A stretch of DNA of 64,000 bases, taken from the NCBI GenBank assembly GCA_951406725.2, contig OX597826.1:63612001-63676000 (forward strand). The letters run 5' to 3'. The position numbers and the translations under genes are program-made. Positions 24,945 through 37,818 of the stretch are shown here, one piece after another. The stretch is from Octopus vulgaris (Eukaryota). Position 1 is the stretch's first letter, and every line of letters starts with the position of its first letter. A model generated the notes under the pieces. It made no database searches. It worked only from the letters and a program-made list of their open reading frames with translations, and was not told the DNA's origin.

Positions 24945-25345
24945 CTCTGGGTTTGTACAAGGATAAGGAACTACCAATGAGACAACTACAAAAGTTCTTA
25001 ACTGAGAAAAAGCCTCTATAACATTTGTTGATCTGGAAAAGGCTTTGACAGGGCATGAAGCTATATAGCAGAGCAGTTGTTTAAAAAAATAAGTATAAAT
25101 TAATGGAGTGTCTTCAGCAAAGAGTTTAGCATATGTGTCGGTATCCATCAGTAGTCAGTTTTCACCCTCACTTCCTTCCTTCATTTAGCATAGGAGTTTA
25201 AGACTAATTAATTGTTTATGGGAACTCTTGTATACCTATGACCTATTTCTCATAATTGAATCTGACAAGAAAAAAAAATAACATAAGAAATTCCAAATGT
25301 GGAAACAAGGTTGAGAATCAAGAATCTTAAAATGAACCAAGCAAG
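24945..25345 (+). mobile_element. Heavily degraded LINE reverse-transcriptase fragment (RTE-like)
   Basis: Collinear RT motif remnants across frameshifts: FVDLEKA(FD), VGIHQ*SV (GVHQGSVLSP) and WELLYTYDL (WELLYADDL). Confidence 0.65.
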
Positions 25346-26563
25346 CATGAAAGAGCTTCTTCCAGTTTCTGTCTACTAAATTCACTCACAAGGTTTTGGT
25401 CGGCCTAGGGCTATAACAGAAGACACTTGCCCAAGGTGCTACACAATGGGACTGAACCTGGAACCATGTGACAAGAAAGCAAGCTTCTTACCACACAGAC
25501 GTGCCTGTACCTAAATATGTTAAAAATATATTTACTAACTATATGAATACCACTCTCTCTCTCTCCGTGCTTATTTTGAAAGCTCACTGTTTATTGGCGC
25601 TGTTGTTATTTCATAGAAGATAGTTATAGTTCGATACAACTTTGATCATATTTCAAAGGCGGCTTTATTAAATGAGAGCCAGTTTAAATAATCTAGCTGT
25701 AAAATTAATCATAGAAGCAGACTTGACAGCAAACACCAAGGTATGTCATTACAGAATTTATTATTAACACCAATTTTATGTCTGTCTTTAATAAAACATT
25801 TCTCATTTGAATCTTTCCTTCTTACATAATTGCACCTCATTCTTTTCTCTCTACCTTCCTTTCTTACACCCTTTCTTCCTTCAATCCTTTGTCTGCCACT
25901 TAATCCAGCCCTTCCACTCCCCTGTGCATGTTATGTGAAATTATGTTTCCCAACTATTCTACAAAATAACAGTCATTTCTATTGCTGTTCTGTCATTCTA
26001 GAATCATCTAACATGGAAAAGACTAAGAGATTTCCCTGGAGTTTTACCATCATTGTGTCACTATCAAGCGTTTCATTGGCAAGATTTAATTAATATAGAT
26101 CTCATATCCAACTGCAGAAACACCACCAACATTCAACTTGGCACCATGACAGTCCGTACAGAATATCCAGGACTTCCAAAGACATGTTAAAATTAAAGGA
26201 CAGCAATCATATAGTAATTCACAGTGGGACATCGTTTATCAACAGATTCGTTATACCATTCTGAATGTGAAAAGGAATTATCATTCTAAGGTCTTAACTG
26301 ACTTTATGGTTCAAGATTAGGCCAGCACTATAGCAGGTATGTGAACCTAGTTCTGCTAGTTCCTGGAATAGCTTACAGGACAAACAGACCTTTATTTTGC
26401 TTGCCAAGAAAAATGAGTTCATGGCTTTTGGTGCTTTGGTATTGAAGTTAGCCCACTATGGTTAGATCACTTCAGTATGGCTAATTCTCTTCTGAATAAA
26501 CTGTAGCTATGACTACAAGCATTTTCACAACTTCAAAGTCACGCTTATTAAGAAAGATATTCA

Positions 26564-26603
<40 letters not shown>

Positions 26604-29565
26604 TAGGCAGTGAGTTGACAGAATCATTAGCACACCAGGCAAAATGCTAAGTGGAATTTCATCTGACTTTCCATTCTGAATTCAGATGTTGCTGAGGTCG
26701 ACTTTGCCTTTCATCCTTTCGGGGTTGATAAAATAGTACCAGTGGAGTACTGGGGTCAATGTAATTGACTAGCCCCCTTTCCCAAAATTTCAGGCCTTGT
26801 GCTTATAATAGAAAGGATTATTATTATTATTATTATTATCATTATTAATATTATAAGGATGGTAGATTGGTTATTTGATTAGAATATTAGAAAAAAATAC
26901 CTTGCAGTATTTGTCATAGGTTTTTGCATCCTGAGTTCACATACTGATAGGGTCAGCTTTGATTTTCATCTTTTTGGGTCTGCAGTCAAGTACTGGGGCT
27001 AATATATTTAACTAACCCCCTCCACTCAAGATTCAGACTTTGTACCTGTGTTGGAAATAGGTGGCAAGCTGGCAGAATCGTTAATGCGCTGGATGAAATG
27101 CTTAGCAGTATTTCGCTCGTCGCTATGTTTTGAGTTCAAATTCCACCAAAGTCAACTTTGCTTTTCATCCTTCTGGGGTTGGTAAATTAAGTACAAGTAT
27201 AATACTGGGGTCAATGTAATCAACTAGTCACCGTCCCCCAAAATTTCAGGCCTTGTGCCTTTAGTAAAAAGGATTGTTATTATTATTATTATGATTATTA
27301 TAACTAAAGATGCTGCCAGCCTAGATTTCATCATCTGTCTCTTTAGTTAGCAATAAAATACCAGTAATTACTAGGTTTGCACTCTCTCCTCAACTAAAAT
27401 TGCCATGTGCTTCATAAAACAAGCAAACAAGCAAGCAAAATCAATATTTCAAATATCTGTATAAAAGAAACAGCAACTACCACAACAACAACAAACTAAC
27501 AACTTAATAATGTAACTTATTAGTTAGACTGCGTGCTGAAGTGATCAATACTGTACCTATTGCTTACAAAACTTCTAAATATTATAACTGTGGGTTTTTT
27601 TTTTGTCTGCTGTCTACTGAAGACAACAGCATGGTTCATGAATACACTCACAAACACGCTCACAGAAAAGACATACAAAGCGCACGCACGCACACACACA
27701 CACACACACTCATTCATACATACATACATACATACGCCTCACATAATTTTCAGAAGTGGTTCGGTGGACTGTATGTAATTATGTAGCTTATATTCATTCA
27801 AAAAGACGGTTGACCAGGACTCATTAATGGCTAACGAGGTAGCATGCTTACTAGATCACTGCTTGCAAACACATGACAACAAACAGACACAAAATACACA
27901 CGCACAAACAACAACAAAAATCGCCGCTGCCACCACCACCACCACCATCATCTCTTCCTCCTTGCTTCCAGAAGATGTAACTACATCTCCTGAAAGCAGC
28001 TACCGAGACAGGATAGATAATGCACCTGTCAAAGCCATGCCAGCATGGAAACAGGGAAACAAAACTAGTGATGATGGTGGTGGTGATAATGATGGTGGAA
28101 ATGCTGATGTAGCTGCTGATGACGATGAGGATGATTCTGATGGTAATGATAGGGGTAGTGATGATGGTGAATAGAGATATGATGATGATGATGAGTAGGA
28201 GGATGGTTGCTGATGCAGGTGGTAGTGATTGTAGTAGTGGTGATGGTTTGGTTAATAGTGGTGGTGATGATGCTGGTGGTAAGCATGACAATCATTGCAA
28301 TTATGATGATGATGATGATGATGACTGTGGTGAAGGAGATGATATTAATGATTGTGGCAGTGTTGATGACGATGATGGTAGTAGTAATGCTGCTGCTACT
28401 GCTACTGCCGCCGTTCAAGAATTTGGACCTGGAGATCTCCATTTCCTGTAACTTCGAGGGCCACCTCCCAGTGGTGTCGGGTGTCAACGAAGAGCCCTCG
28501 ACTACAACAAGACGACCAAATTTTTTTTTTTTTCCAAGGTTCTGGGGTCTCCCATCCCTAAGCCCTAGACCATCACCTAATCACCCTTACCCGTCTTGTT
28601 GCTTAACAACAACAACAACAACTACTACAACTACTACTACTGCCAATGATGATCATGATAGTGATAAGGATGGTGGTGATAGTGGTAGTGATGAAGGTTG
28701 ATGATGGTGATGGCAGTATGCATGACGGTGATTATGGTTGTGTTAAAGGTGATGATGATGATGATGTAACTATAGACAATTTCGTGATATTTAAGTCCAG
28801 TTGAAACTTCCTGTTGCAGCAAAAATTAGTTTGCATACTGTTAATAGACACACATTGCACTTGGCAACATTTTGTGCACCTTGCTCACACCTGACATTTT
28901 GTTTTATAGCACTTGCCACTGCTGTTTGAAGACAATCTCTTCAATTAACATTGGCTAATATTTCTTCTTTCCATGGAGAATTTTAAGAAAACAAATTGGA
29001 TTTCATGACTACAAATAGAAAGTAAACTCTCTCTTCAGAGATTCCGATTGAATAATTTTTCTATTTTGCCAATTTTCGAGAAATGATCTTTCAATGCAGG
29101 ATGTCAAAAGCAAAATAAAATTCATAATTCATGACCCAATTCAGATCATACATAATCATCATCACCATCATCATCATCATTATCATCATCATCATTTAAC
29201 ATCTGTGTTCCATGCTGGTATGGGTTGGTCAGTTCAACAAGATCCATCTAGCTTGAGGGCTGTGTCAATTTCCAGTGTCTGCTTTGACAAGGTTTCTATG
29301 GGTGGTCTGAATGCCCTTCCTAATACCAACCATGTTTACAGGATATTGTGTATAAATGCATGCAGCAAACCATAAGTAACTGGACTGGACAAGTAACTGA
29401 GGAGATGATAGTTCAAGTCTAATCACCAGCACTGGAATAAGATCTTGCTGTGACATTTAGCTCTTTATGACTTTGTTGTTATTGTCATTTACCTCCAGGT
29501 TGACTTGGATGAAGCAAACCTATGATTGAAAACATTCCATTTGTGGCTATTTTATTTTACAGATA

Positions 29566-30293
29566 ATGAATGAAGACAGCTGTGTGGAGAAGTGTCACAC
29601 CCAAACAGTAGAGGAAACCTGTGGAAGAGGTAGACCCAGGAAGACATGGGATGAGCATGACCTTCAATCATTGGGCCTCACAGAGGCAATGACAAGTGAC
29701 CAAGACATTTGGAGATATGCCGTGCTTGTGAAGGCCCAGCAAGCAAAGTGAGATCATAGTCATGACCGATGCCAGTGTCGCATCACTGGCCCATTTAAAA
29801 ACACCCTTCAATTGTTAGGCAGTATGCTGTGCTTGTGAAGACCAGTTGAACCAAGTGAAATTGTAGTCATGCCTGATGCCAGTGCCGCCTGACTGGCACT
29901 TGTGCCAGTGACATGAAAAAAGCACCATTTGAGAGTGACCGATGCCAGTGCCACCCGACTGGTATTTGTGCCAGTGAGATGAAAAAAGCACCATTTCTGA
30001 GTGACCATGGATGCCTGACTGGCACCCATGCCGGTGGCATATAAAAAGCATCATTCAAACGTGGTTGATGCCAGTTCCGCCTGACTGAGTCCTGTGCTGG
30101 TGGCACATAAAAGCACCCACTACACTCTTAGAGTGGGGTTGGCATTAGGAAGGGCATCCAGCTGTAGAAACCTTGCCAAATCAGATTGGAGCATGGCACA
30201 GCCTCATAGCTTGCCAGTTTTCAGTCAAACCGTCCAACCCACACCAGCACAGAAAACGGATGTTAAAAGATAATGATGATGATGATGATGATG
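29566..30293 (+). mobile_element. 5'-truncated RTE LINE with tandem-repeat 3' UTR
   Basis: MNEDSCVEKCH...GRGRPRKTW...DQDIWRYAV*, then ~60-bp repeats (GATGCCAGTGCC...AAAAAGCACCATT), conserved tail and (GAT)n. Splits an older repeat at ~29475-30400. Confidence 0.85.
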
Positions 30294-30647
30294 ACAGTGA
30301 GTACACTAAGGACTAAATTATCCAATAAGTTTTTTTTTTTTTAAGATGACAGTGTTTTCTTTGTTAGCAAGGGTGAGAAATTTGGTTGCTATTTTATAAA
30401 TGCATAAATCTAGCTTTAAAAACATATCTATCTATATATTTATTATTATATTTGATAGCATATAAGATACACTTCACCACCCCAAAAAAGTCTGAAAAAA
30501 TCATCCCAGCATCTATATGTTAAGTTGAGTTTATATTACCTGCCTTAATGCACTAAAAGCATTTTTCTGAATGTGTTGTGAGAATTAGGGTGCATCTAAT
30601 ATGCCCATGCATTTTTTTTATGCCAACAAATATGATATATATATATA

Positions 30648-30866
30648 CAGGGTTGGCCAAAAGTCACCTGACAGTAAATCAAAACCATCTAATTCCAAGA
30701 TTTATGTTTAACAACTGAATGAATTTAATAAAAGCATCTAAATACGAAAATTGTTCAAACTAAAGTCCATCTTGAGCGACACATTTTTCCATCCGAATCA
30801 AATCAGAACTACAGATAGTATTTATGGAATTTTGATTTACTGTTGGGTGACTTTTGACCAACCCTG
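30648..30866. mobile_element. Tc1/mariner-type MITE
   Basis: 37-bp TIRs CAGGGTTGGCCAAAAGTCACCTGACAGTAAATCAAAA with 3 mismatches (two explained by CpG decay); TA on the left; 219 bp. Confidence 0.85.
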
Positions 30867-31295
30867 TGTGTGTGTGTGTGTATATCAGGAACATGCTATC
30901 AGTAATTACTCAGGGTAGGCACTTGGTGACCTTTATGTAGTAAAACAGACAAAAAATAAGCGAAATACAGGTGCATGACTAAGTTGAAGGCATATTTTCT
31001 TCTGCCTCTATAGCCCGTAAAGAAAATGTTGTTGTAGGAGTGTACGCAACATGTGTACTACAGCATTACTATGCATAGTTTAAATACTGAGATTGAAAGG
31101 CAAGGACAAATTAAGACTACCTAATCTACAAAAAAATTAAATATTTTGTATTTTATGCATAGTAATCAGAGTAACCTTCTTAATTTTATAGAATTAGGTG
31201 CATATTTTACCATAAAAGGAAAATGTTGCTATCAATCTATTTTATTCAAGGTAGGGTCTGCCTACCTTGCTGGCATGTCTGATGTGTATATATAC

Positions 31296-31335
<40 letters not shown>

Positions 31336-31749
31336 AGAGAGAGAGAGAGGTGTGAAATTACAAGTGCCATCTGATTGATGAGAGCTAAATGGTTGATTCA
31401 GTTGCTTAAAGCCATGCTAAAACACCAACTAGTCAGTCTGTCTTTGAAATATTTAACCTTGACTGAAACATTTCTGATGCAATCCTATCTTTTATTCAGT
31501 TAAAGTATGTACAGGATTATATTATCTAATGTATTCTTCCTACAGTTACTATGCTAAGTATGATTTTAGAGAAATCTGGCTGTTATTTCAAGGTGCTAAG
31601 TGATTATATAGATGCTCTTTCATGGAAAATAAAGTTAATAGGCATTATGGCAAACATTAGCACAAAGTTTCTTAATTCACACTTGCTCAAACTTGAGTCA
31701 GTTAAATCAGATTATGGAAGCTGAAAGATTCTGTAATCTGTAATCTTAA

Positions 31750-31969
31750 GGCGGTGAGATGGCAGAAACATTAGCACGCTGGGCAAAATACTTAGTGGTA
31801 TTTCGTCTGCCAATACATTCTGAGTTCAAATTCCATCGAGGTCGACTTTGCCTTTCATCTTTTCAGGGTCAATTAAATAAGTACCAGTTATGCACTGAGG
31901 ACTTAATCCATTTGTCTGTCCTTGTTTCTCTCCTCTGTGTGTAGCCCCTTGTGGGCAGTAAAGAAATAA
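31750..31969 (+). mobile_element. SINE family A, 23 nt from the exon donor site
   Basis: GGCGGTGAGATGGCAG head through GGGCAGTAAAGAAATA tail. Confidence 0.9.
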
Positions 31970-31992
31970 GATGTTGAAAGATTATAACTTAC

Positions 31993-32109
31993 CCATGTTT
32001 CCTTTTTCCGAACGTTGTCCACAAAAATCAGGTGGGTGGCGGTTAAGTGTAAAGTACCTTCCGATGACTTGCGAGGGTTGACACGATCCAACCATTTCAC
32101 ATTCTCAAC
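31993..32109 (-). CDS. MTMR6: Myotubularin-related protein (MTMR6/7/8 group), internal coding exon (probable exon 2), PH-GRAM N-terminal part
   Basis: Encodes VENVKWLDRVNPRKSSEGTLHLTATHLIFVDNVRKKETW, matching the recalled human MTMR6 segment VEQVKLLDRF...GTLYLTATHLLFID...KETW. Long pyrimidine tract then AAG|GTT acceptor (AG at 32111-32110); TGG|GTAAGT donor at 31992; 117 nt, phase 0/0. The paralogue within MTMR6/7/8 cannot be resolved. Confidence 0.93.
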
Positions 32110-35100
32110 CTTGAAGAAATGAAGAAAAAAAGAAGAGAAAGAATAAGAAAACAAGAATGGTGATTGAACTTCATAGAATAAAGGCATGGGATTCAAGTTT
32201 CACTGCAAAGCGAGATGAGGAATGGGTGAGGAAAATGAGTGGAAGTTGGTGAAGGAAATAACAATTAACTAGGATCTTTAAGATTTCATTTCTTTCTTTA
32301 TTGTTGTTGTTGTTGTTGACAGAAGCATTAGCACATTGGAGAAAATATTTAGTGACATTTCTTTTGGCTCTTTACATTCTGAGTTCAAATTCTGTCAAGG
32401 TCGACTTTGCCTTTCATCCTTCCAGGGTCAATAAAATAAGTACCAGTCAAACACTGGGATCAATGCAGTCAACCAGCACAACACCCCTCAAAATTTTAGA
32501 CTCTGTGTTTGTAGCAGAAAGTATTATTGTTATCGTTGTTTTTCGGTAGAAAGTTGTTTGTAGGGTGTGATGTGACCCCGATAACACTGAAATTGAAATG
32601 AACCTGGATATGAGTTCAATAGAAAGAATCAATAATAGTTTAGAATTCTCCACTTAACTCGACTTCCTTCACATCATCACAGCTTCAGTAAGAATTAAAG
32701 AAACGTCAGAAGAAATCGAAACGAAGAACAACAAAGAAGCTGGCAGGAGACGGTGAAAGTGAAGGTGTCAAATACGATGTTTGGGAATGGGAATATCACT
32801 AATTAACATCACTAATTAACTGAATTAAAGATTTATTTCGGAAGTACAAAAACAAGCAAAAAACCAAAAAAAAAAAAAAAAATACAAGGCACTGAAAATA
32901 CATTCTGGCTTTGTTTTTCTAACTTTATGTTTGACAATTTGAATTTTGTTTAACCCTTTTGATACTAACCTGCCTGAAGCTGCCCTTAGTTCTACAATAC
33001 AAACTTCCTGTTTTAAAGGGATCTAAATGAAAACCTTTCCTAAATATTTCATGTTAAACTGATCGGAATAGAGAGGTTATGTCATTGTTTGATTTGCAAA
33101 TGGTGACAAAAGGATTTGGACAAACAAAGCTGATTGGTTAACTAAATGATTAATCAATCAATCAACCAATTAACTGGTTAAATAGTTAACCAATTGTCAA
33201 ATAACAAACAAAATGGAACCAGTGCATGTTTTTATCACTAATATAATGACTTTTCTGACATAACACAAAATATGTTTCAAATACCAGTTTAACCATTCTT
33301 TCTACTATAGGCACAAGGCCTAACGTCTGGGAGAAAGAGGCTAATCGATTACATCAACCCCAGTGCCTGACTGATACTTATTTTATCAACCCCGAAAGGA
33401 TGAAGAGCAAAGTTATCCATAGTAGAATTTGAACTCAGAACATAATGACAGACGAAATGCCATTAAGCATTTTATATGGCAGGCTAATCATCATCATTTA
33501 GCACCGCTTTCCATGCTAGTATGGGTTGGAGGTTCAACTGGGGTCTGGGAAGCCAGAAGGCTGCACCTGGCCCAATCTGATCTGGCAATGTTTCTACGGC
33601 TGGATGCCTTTCCTAACGCCAACAACTCCATGAATGTAGTGGGTGCTTTTTACGTGCCACCGGCACAGGTGCCAGACTGAACTGGCAAATGGACATGGTC
33701 AGATGGTGCTTTTTACGTGCCACCGGCACGGTTTTGCCAAATTGCCACCTTAAACACTAGTTTAATAATAAAGGCTATTTAACTTTTTTTTTTTATTATT
33801 TCAAGACTGAAACTAAAGCAGTGTATTTCAATAGAAATATGATAATAGAAGAGTTAAACAACACCAAAATGAGTAACATTTTGGTTGTGCTATTGAGCAA
33901 CCACAGAAAACTCAATCTGTATGTGAGGCAACTTGACAAAAGCCATTTCCCCCTAAGCTATGTTCATAGGAGTTGTACTCAGCACTGCAATTCCAGTTAG
34001 AGCCAGGAAAAGAAAGAAATATGTAAGTTGTAAACAAAAAAAATTTCAAAAATTTATGTTATACAAAAAATTCAGGAGGGGGCATTTTTCTTTAAAAAAA
34101 TGTATGTGTATATATGCTTATGTCTGTGTGTGTGTGTGCATATACACAAAGACACACACTATATATAGTTTGACAAAGGCCAGTAGACCACAACTTCAAA
34201 ATCATTGTCAACCTACCTTCTTGTAAAAGTACAATAAACATGCACTCTACAAAAAGCATTGAATAATTCTTCAGTTTAATATTAAATTGCTTTTATTATA
34301 AATTGACACACACACACACACATTTATTATTATATATTGATTTAAAATTTTGGCACAAGGCCAGAAATTTCAGGGAAGGGTTAAGTCAATTACATCAACA
34401 CCAGTATTCAACTGGTATTTATTTCATCAACCCTGAAAGGATGAGAGGTAAATTCAACCTCAGTGGAATTTGAACTCAGAATGTAAAGGCAGACGAAATG
34501 CTGCTAAACATTTTGCCCAACATGCTAACAATTCTCTCAGCTCACCGACTTATGTATTATTATATATTACTACATGAGTGTAAGCTTTAAAAACACAAAA
34601 TCAAAATCACATCTCCGATGTGACTGAAGAAACAAATACTTAAAATATTCATCTTCATAAAGACAGACAGATAGATAGATATATAGATATGACAGGCTTC
34701 TTTCAGTTTCTGTCTGTCAAATCCACTCACAAGGCTTTGGTTGGCCTGAGGCTATAGTAAAAGACACTTGCCCAAGGTGCCACTCAGTGGAACTAAACCT
34801 GGAACCACAGGTTGGAAAGAAAAGTTCTTACCACACAGCTATGCCTGCTAACAACTCTATTCACCAACAAGAAGGACTTGTCTAAAGTTCTCGATTCTGT
34901 TGCATTAAAAAAATTAGCAATAAATCACTCTCTAGTTGGGCTGCCAGTCTATTGTGGTTAGCATCCCCAAAAGATTTGGCATTTATTCCACATCAACAAA
35001 TCACATACGAACAATCTGTCTTGCACAGAGGTGTAATAAAGCACCCAGAATAGATTGAATTTGATTATTTTCCAGCTTGTAAAGTTCAATATTTCATAAA

Positions 35101-36126
35101 GTTCAGTATTTCCTCAAACACTTCGCTTCTTCTACAAGAAACAATTTCAATCATTTTTTACTTAAAAAATAACCAAAAAAACTATACGTTTTAATTGAAA
35201 TATACCATTAACATTTCTAAACTCTGAATAAAATTTCAATAAAAAAATAATTAAAAATAATTTTTTTTTTTCAAATAAATAAATAAATGGCTGATCTGAT
35301 GAATACATTGAAACATAATTAAACATTTAACTGATATTTCATTTTAAAATGACATAATTTGATCTCTTGCAATTAATTAATTAAAAGAAACCACTGACAT
35401 TAGTAGCAGAAGCTATGTACATTAGCAAGTTACATTCATTTCGTTATCAAAATATAATTTTGCATGAATCCTCACCTCACATTGCAATATTTAATTGCAG
35501 GAATTAAGCAAAAAGCTGCTCTCATATTTATTGTATAAAGCAATAATAATCATATTGATTACTAATTTTCTTTTTTTCCATAGCAATTTTTTTTAAATTT
35601 CCAGTTCTAATTCTATAGTTGGGTATTTTCCATAACCTTGCTTCAACCACGTTTTGAGAATGAAATTTGATTTATGGAAATTATGTAAAAGTCTGTTCTA
35701 TATATATATATATATATATATATCATCATAATTTAACATCTGTTTTCCATGTGTGTATGTATATGCATTTACATATATATGTGCATATACACACCAAATC
35801 TTCATTCAAAGCCCTTTTTTCCATACTGGCATATGCTAGATGGTTTGACAGGAAACAATGAGCAAGAGGGCTGTACTGAGCTCCAATGTCTGTTTTGGCG
35901 TGGTTCATACACCAAGATGCTCTTCTTAATGCCAACCACTTTACAGAGTGTACTGGGTGCTTTTCATTCGGCACCAGCACTAGTGAGGTCACCAAGTAAC
36001 TAGCAAAACAAGACCCCTAAATTGAATGGAGTAGTGAAGAATGTAAAAGTATGATGGAGGTGCATACAGGAACAGGTATGTATACAACTCTTCAGGTATC
36101 TTGTTGAAGAGGTGAAAACATGACTT

Positions 36127-36179
<53 letters not shown>

Positions 36180-37349
36180 CATACACACACACACATAAAT
36201 GCACATTTCAACATGTGTTGATATAGTTGCTGTGGAATTTGGAGACTAAAGCTGTATAGAAACTCATCATGCATGTATGTATGCATGTATGGACTCATCT
36301 TCAGTAACGTTAATCAACAAGATATGTAAACACTGGCAAGGAAACTGGTAAACCGGTGCTCCAAACAGAAGTGCCCTGACATATTTACTTGGTCGAATTA
36401 GTACGTATGCACCCTTATTACCCTCAGCATAGTAGATGTTTGGATTTGAAATTGAAACATAGATGTGGCTGTGTGGTATGAAATTTGCTTCCCAACCACA
36501 TGGACCAGGGTTCAGTCCCACTGCGTGACACTTATGGCAGGTGTCTTCTGCTATAGTCTTGAGCTGACCAAACCTTTGTGAGTGGACCTATTAGATGGAA
36601 ACTGAAAGAAGCCCATTGCATATGTATTTTTGTGTATGTCTTCATCTTGCACCATTGCTTGACAACCAGTATTGGTGTGTTTACATCCCCATATCTTAGC
36701 GGCTCAGCAAAAGAAACCAACAGAATAACTACCAGGCTTTACAGAAAATAAAAATAAGTATCGGGGTCAATTCATTCAACTAAAATTCTTCAAAGCATTG
36801 CTCCATCATGGCCACTGTCTAAAGACTAAAACAAGTGAAAGATAAGAGATACTGTCTTTTGCTTTTAGCTTCCAGACAAGCGCAGCTGATTCTCTACACC
36901 TGCTTATAGCTTTCAACACATTCCACATATCTCTTTCCTGCTTTCCTTCCACAGGAAGTTATACTAGAATATGACCTTCTCCCATTGTCTGTTCAAGGTT
37001 TATGGAGGGGGTCTGAACACTGCCACTAATTGCTAATGAACTACTATTGATTATATCATCATTATTTTAACGTCCACTTTTCCATGCTTGCATGGGTTAG
37101 AAAAAAATTCGTTGAGGTAGATTTCCTATGGCTGGATACCAGCCATCATCGGTTTTCAAGAAAGGTAATATTTTTCCCCTTGCCGGATATGATTTCATTG
37201 AAGACTGGAAAAGAATGACACCACTTGTGTGCTGGTGATGCTTGTTTACAATTACCATGTGATAACACACACACACACATAAATATCCAGACCATGCTAA
37301 TATAGGAAAAAACAGATATTAACCTAATTGTGTGTGTGTGTGAGAGAGA

Positions 37350-37392
<43 letters not shown>

Positions 37393-37818
37393 TATTTCTT
37401 TATTCACCATAAGGTTGAGAAAAAGAGGGGCAAAACAAACGTTGGGGTCAGGGTATCGAATGAGACGAAACGTATGAATAAACAAAGAATTAAAATATAT
37501 ATACAATTAAATGAGAATGAGTGAATAACAAAAAATGAAGCAGAGGACGCGGTTGACCCCACAAACCACATACTCACACTGAAGACTTTGCTTTCTCCTT
37601 TTTTACATTCTCGATTAAACAGGTTCTTTCACTTGCAACATACTTGCTATAGACTTCCATCTTTTACGAAACACACTTTGTGACAGGCATTTCTTCACCA
37701 GCCTTATTTTCCATTTCATGTGGAAAACGAAAAAGTCGATTAGCTCGAGACTGGAGATAAACATGCCTGTTGCAATTCCTTTCACTCTCGTCTTCCATAC
37801 TACTTCTTTCGCCATAGC
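37393..37818 (-). mobile_element. Tx1/L1-like LINE 3' end
   Basis: ORF 37815-37615 MAKEVVWKTRVKG...LIDFFVFHMKWKIRL...LSQSVFRKRW resembles L1/Tx1 ORF2 C-termini and is homologous to 43481-43281; 3' UTR ends GGTGAATAAAGAAATA. Confidence 0.7.

Noticed and set aside
27827-28822. Overlapping long ORFs rich in D, H, M or T; similar ones at 7995-8531, 39896-40285, 44192-44631 and 53086-53954
   Set aside because: Products of trinucleotide and dinucleotide repeats that are open in several frames; no domain content.
29765-30110. Repeat array superficially like a CRISPR array
   Set aside because: Degenerate tandem units within an RTE 3' UTR in eukaryotic DNA; no unique spacers and no cas genes.
33133-33194. 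12-bp perfect inverted repeat ATTGGTTAACTA/TAGTTAACCAAT
   Set aside because: Short, AT-rich and inside low-complexity (TCAA)n-like sequence; not enough to call an element.
35296-35320. CTGATGA...GAAAC spacing resembling a hammerhead
   Set aside because: Stems I, II and III cannot form; a chance match in AT-rich DNA.
36285-36460. CUGAAGA on the minus strand in a CpG-containing block
   Set aside because: No downstream GAAA or closing stems; at most a truncated fragment.
37580-37660. Candidate MTMR first exon MEVYSKY...KAKSS near a GTGAGT donor
   Set aside because: It lies within a Tx1/L1-like LINE 3' end. The strong donor (37577) is out of phase with the 32109 acceptor; only the weaker GTGTGA donor fits.
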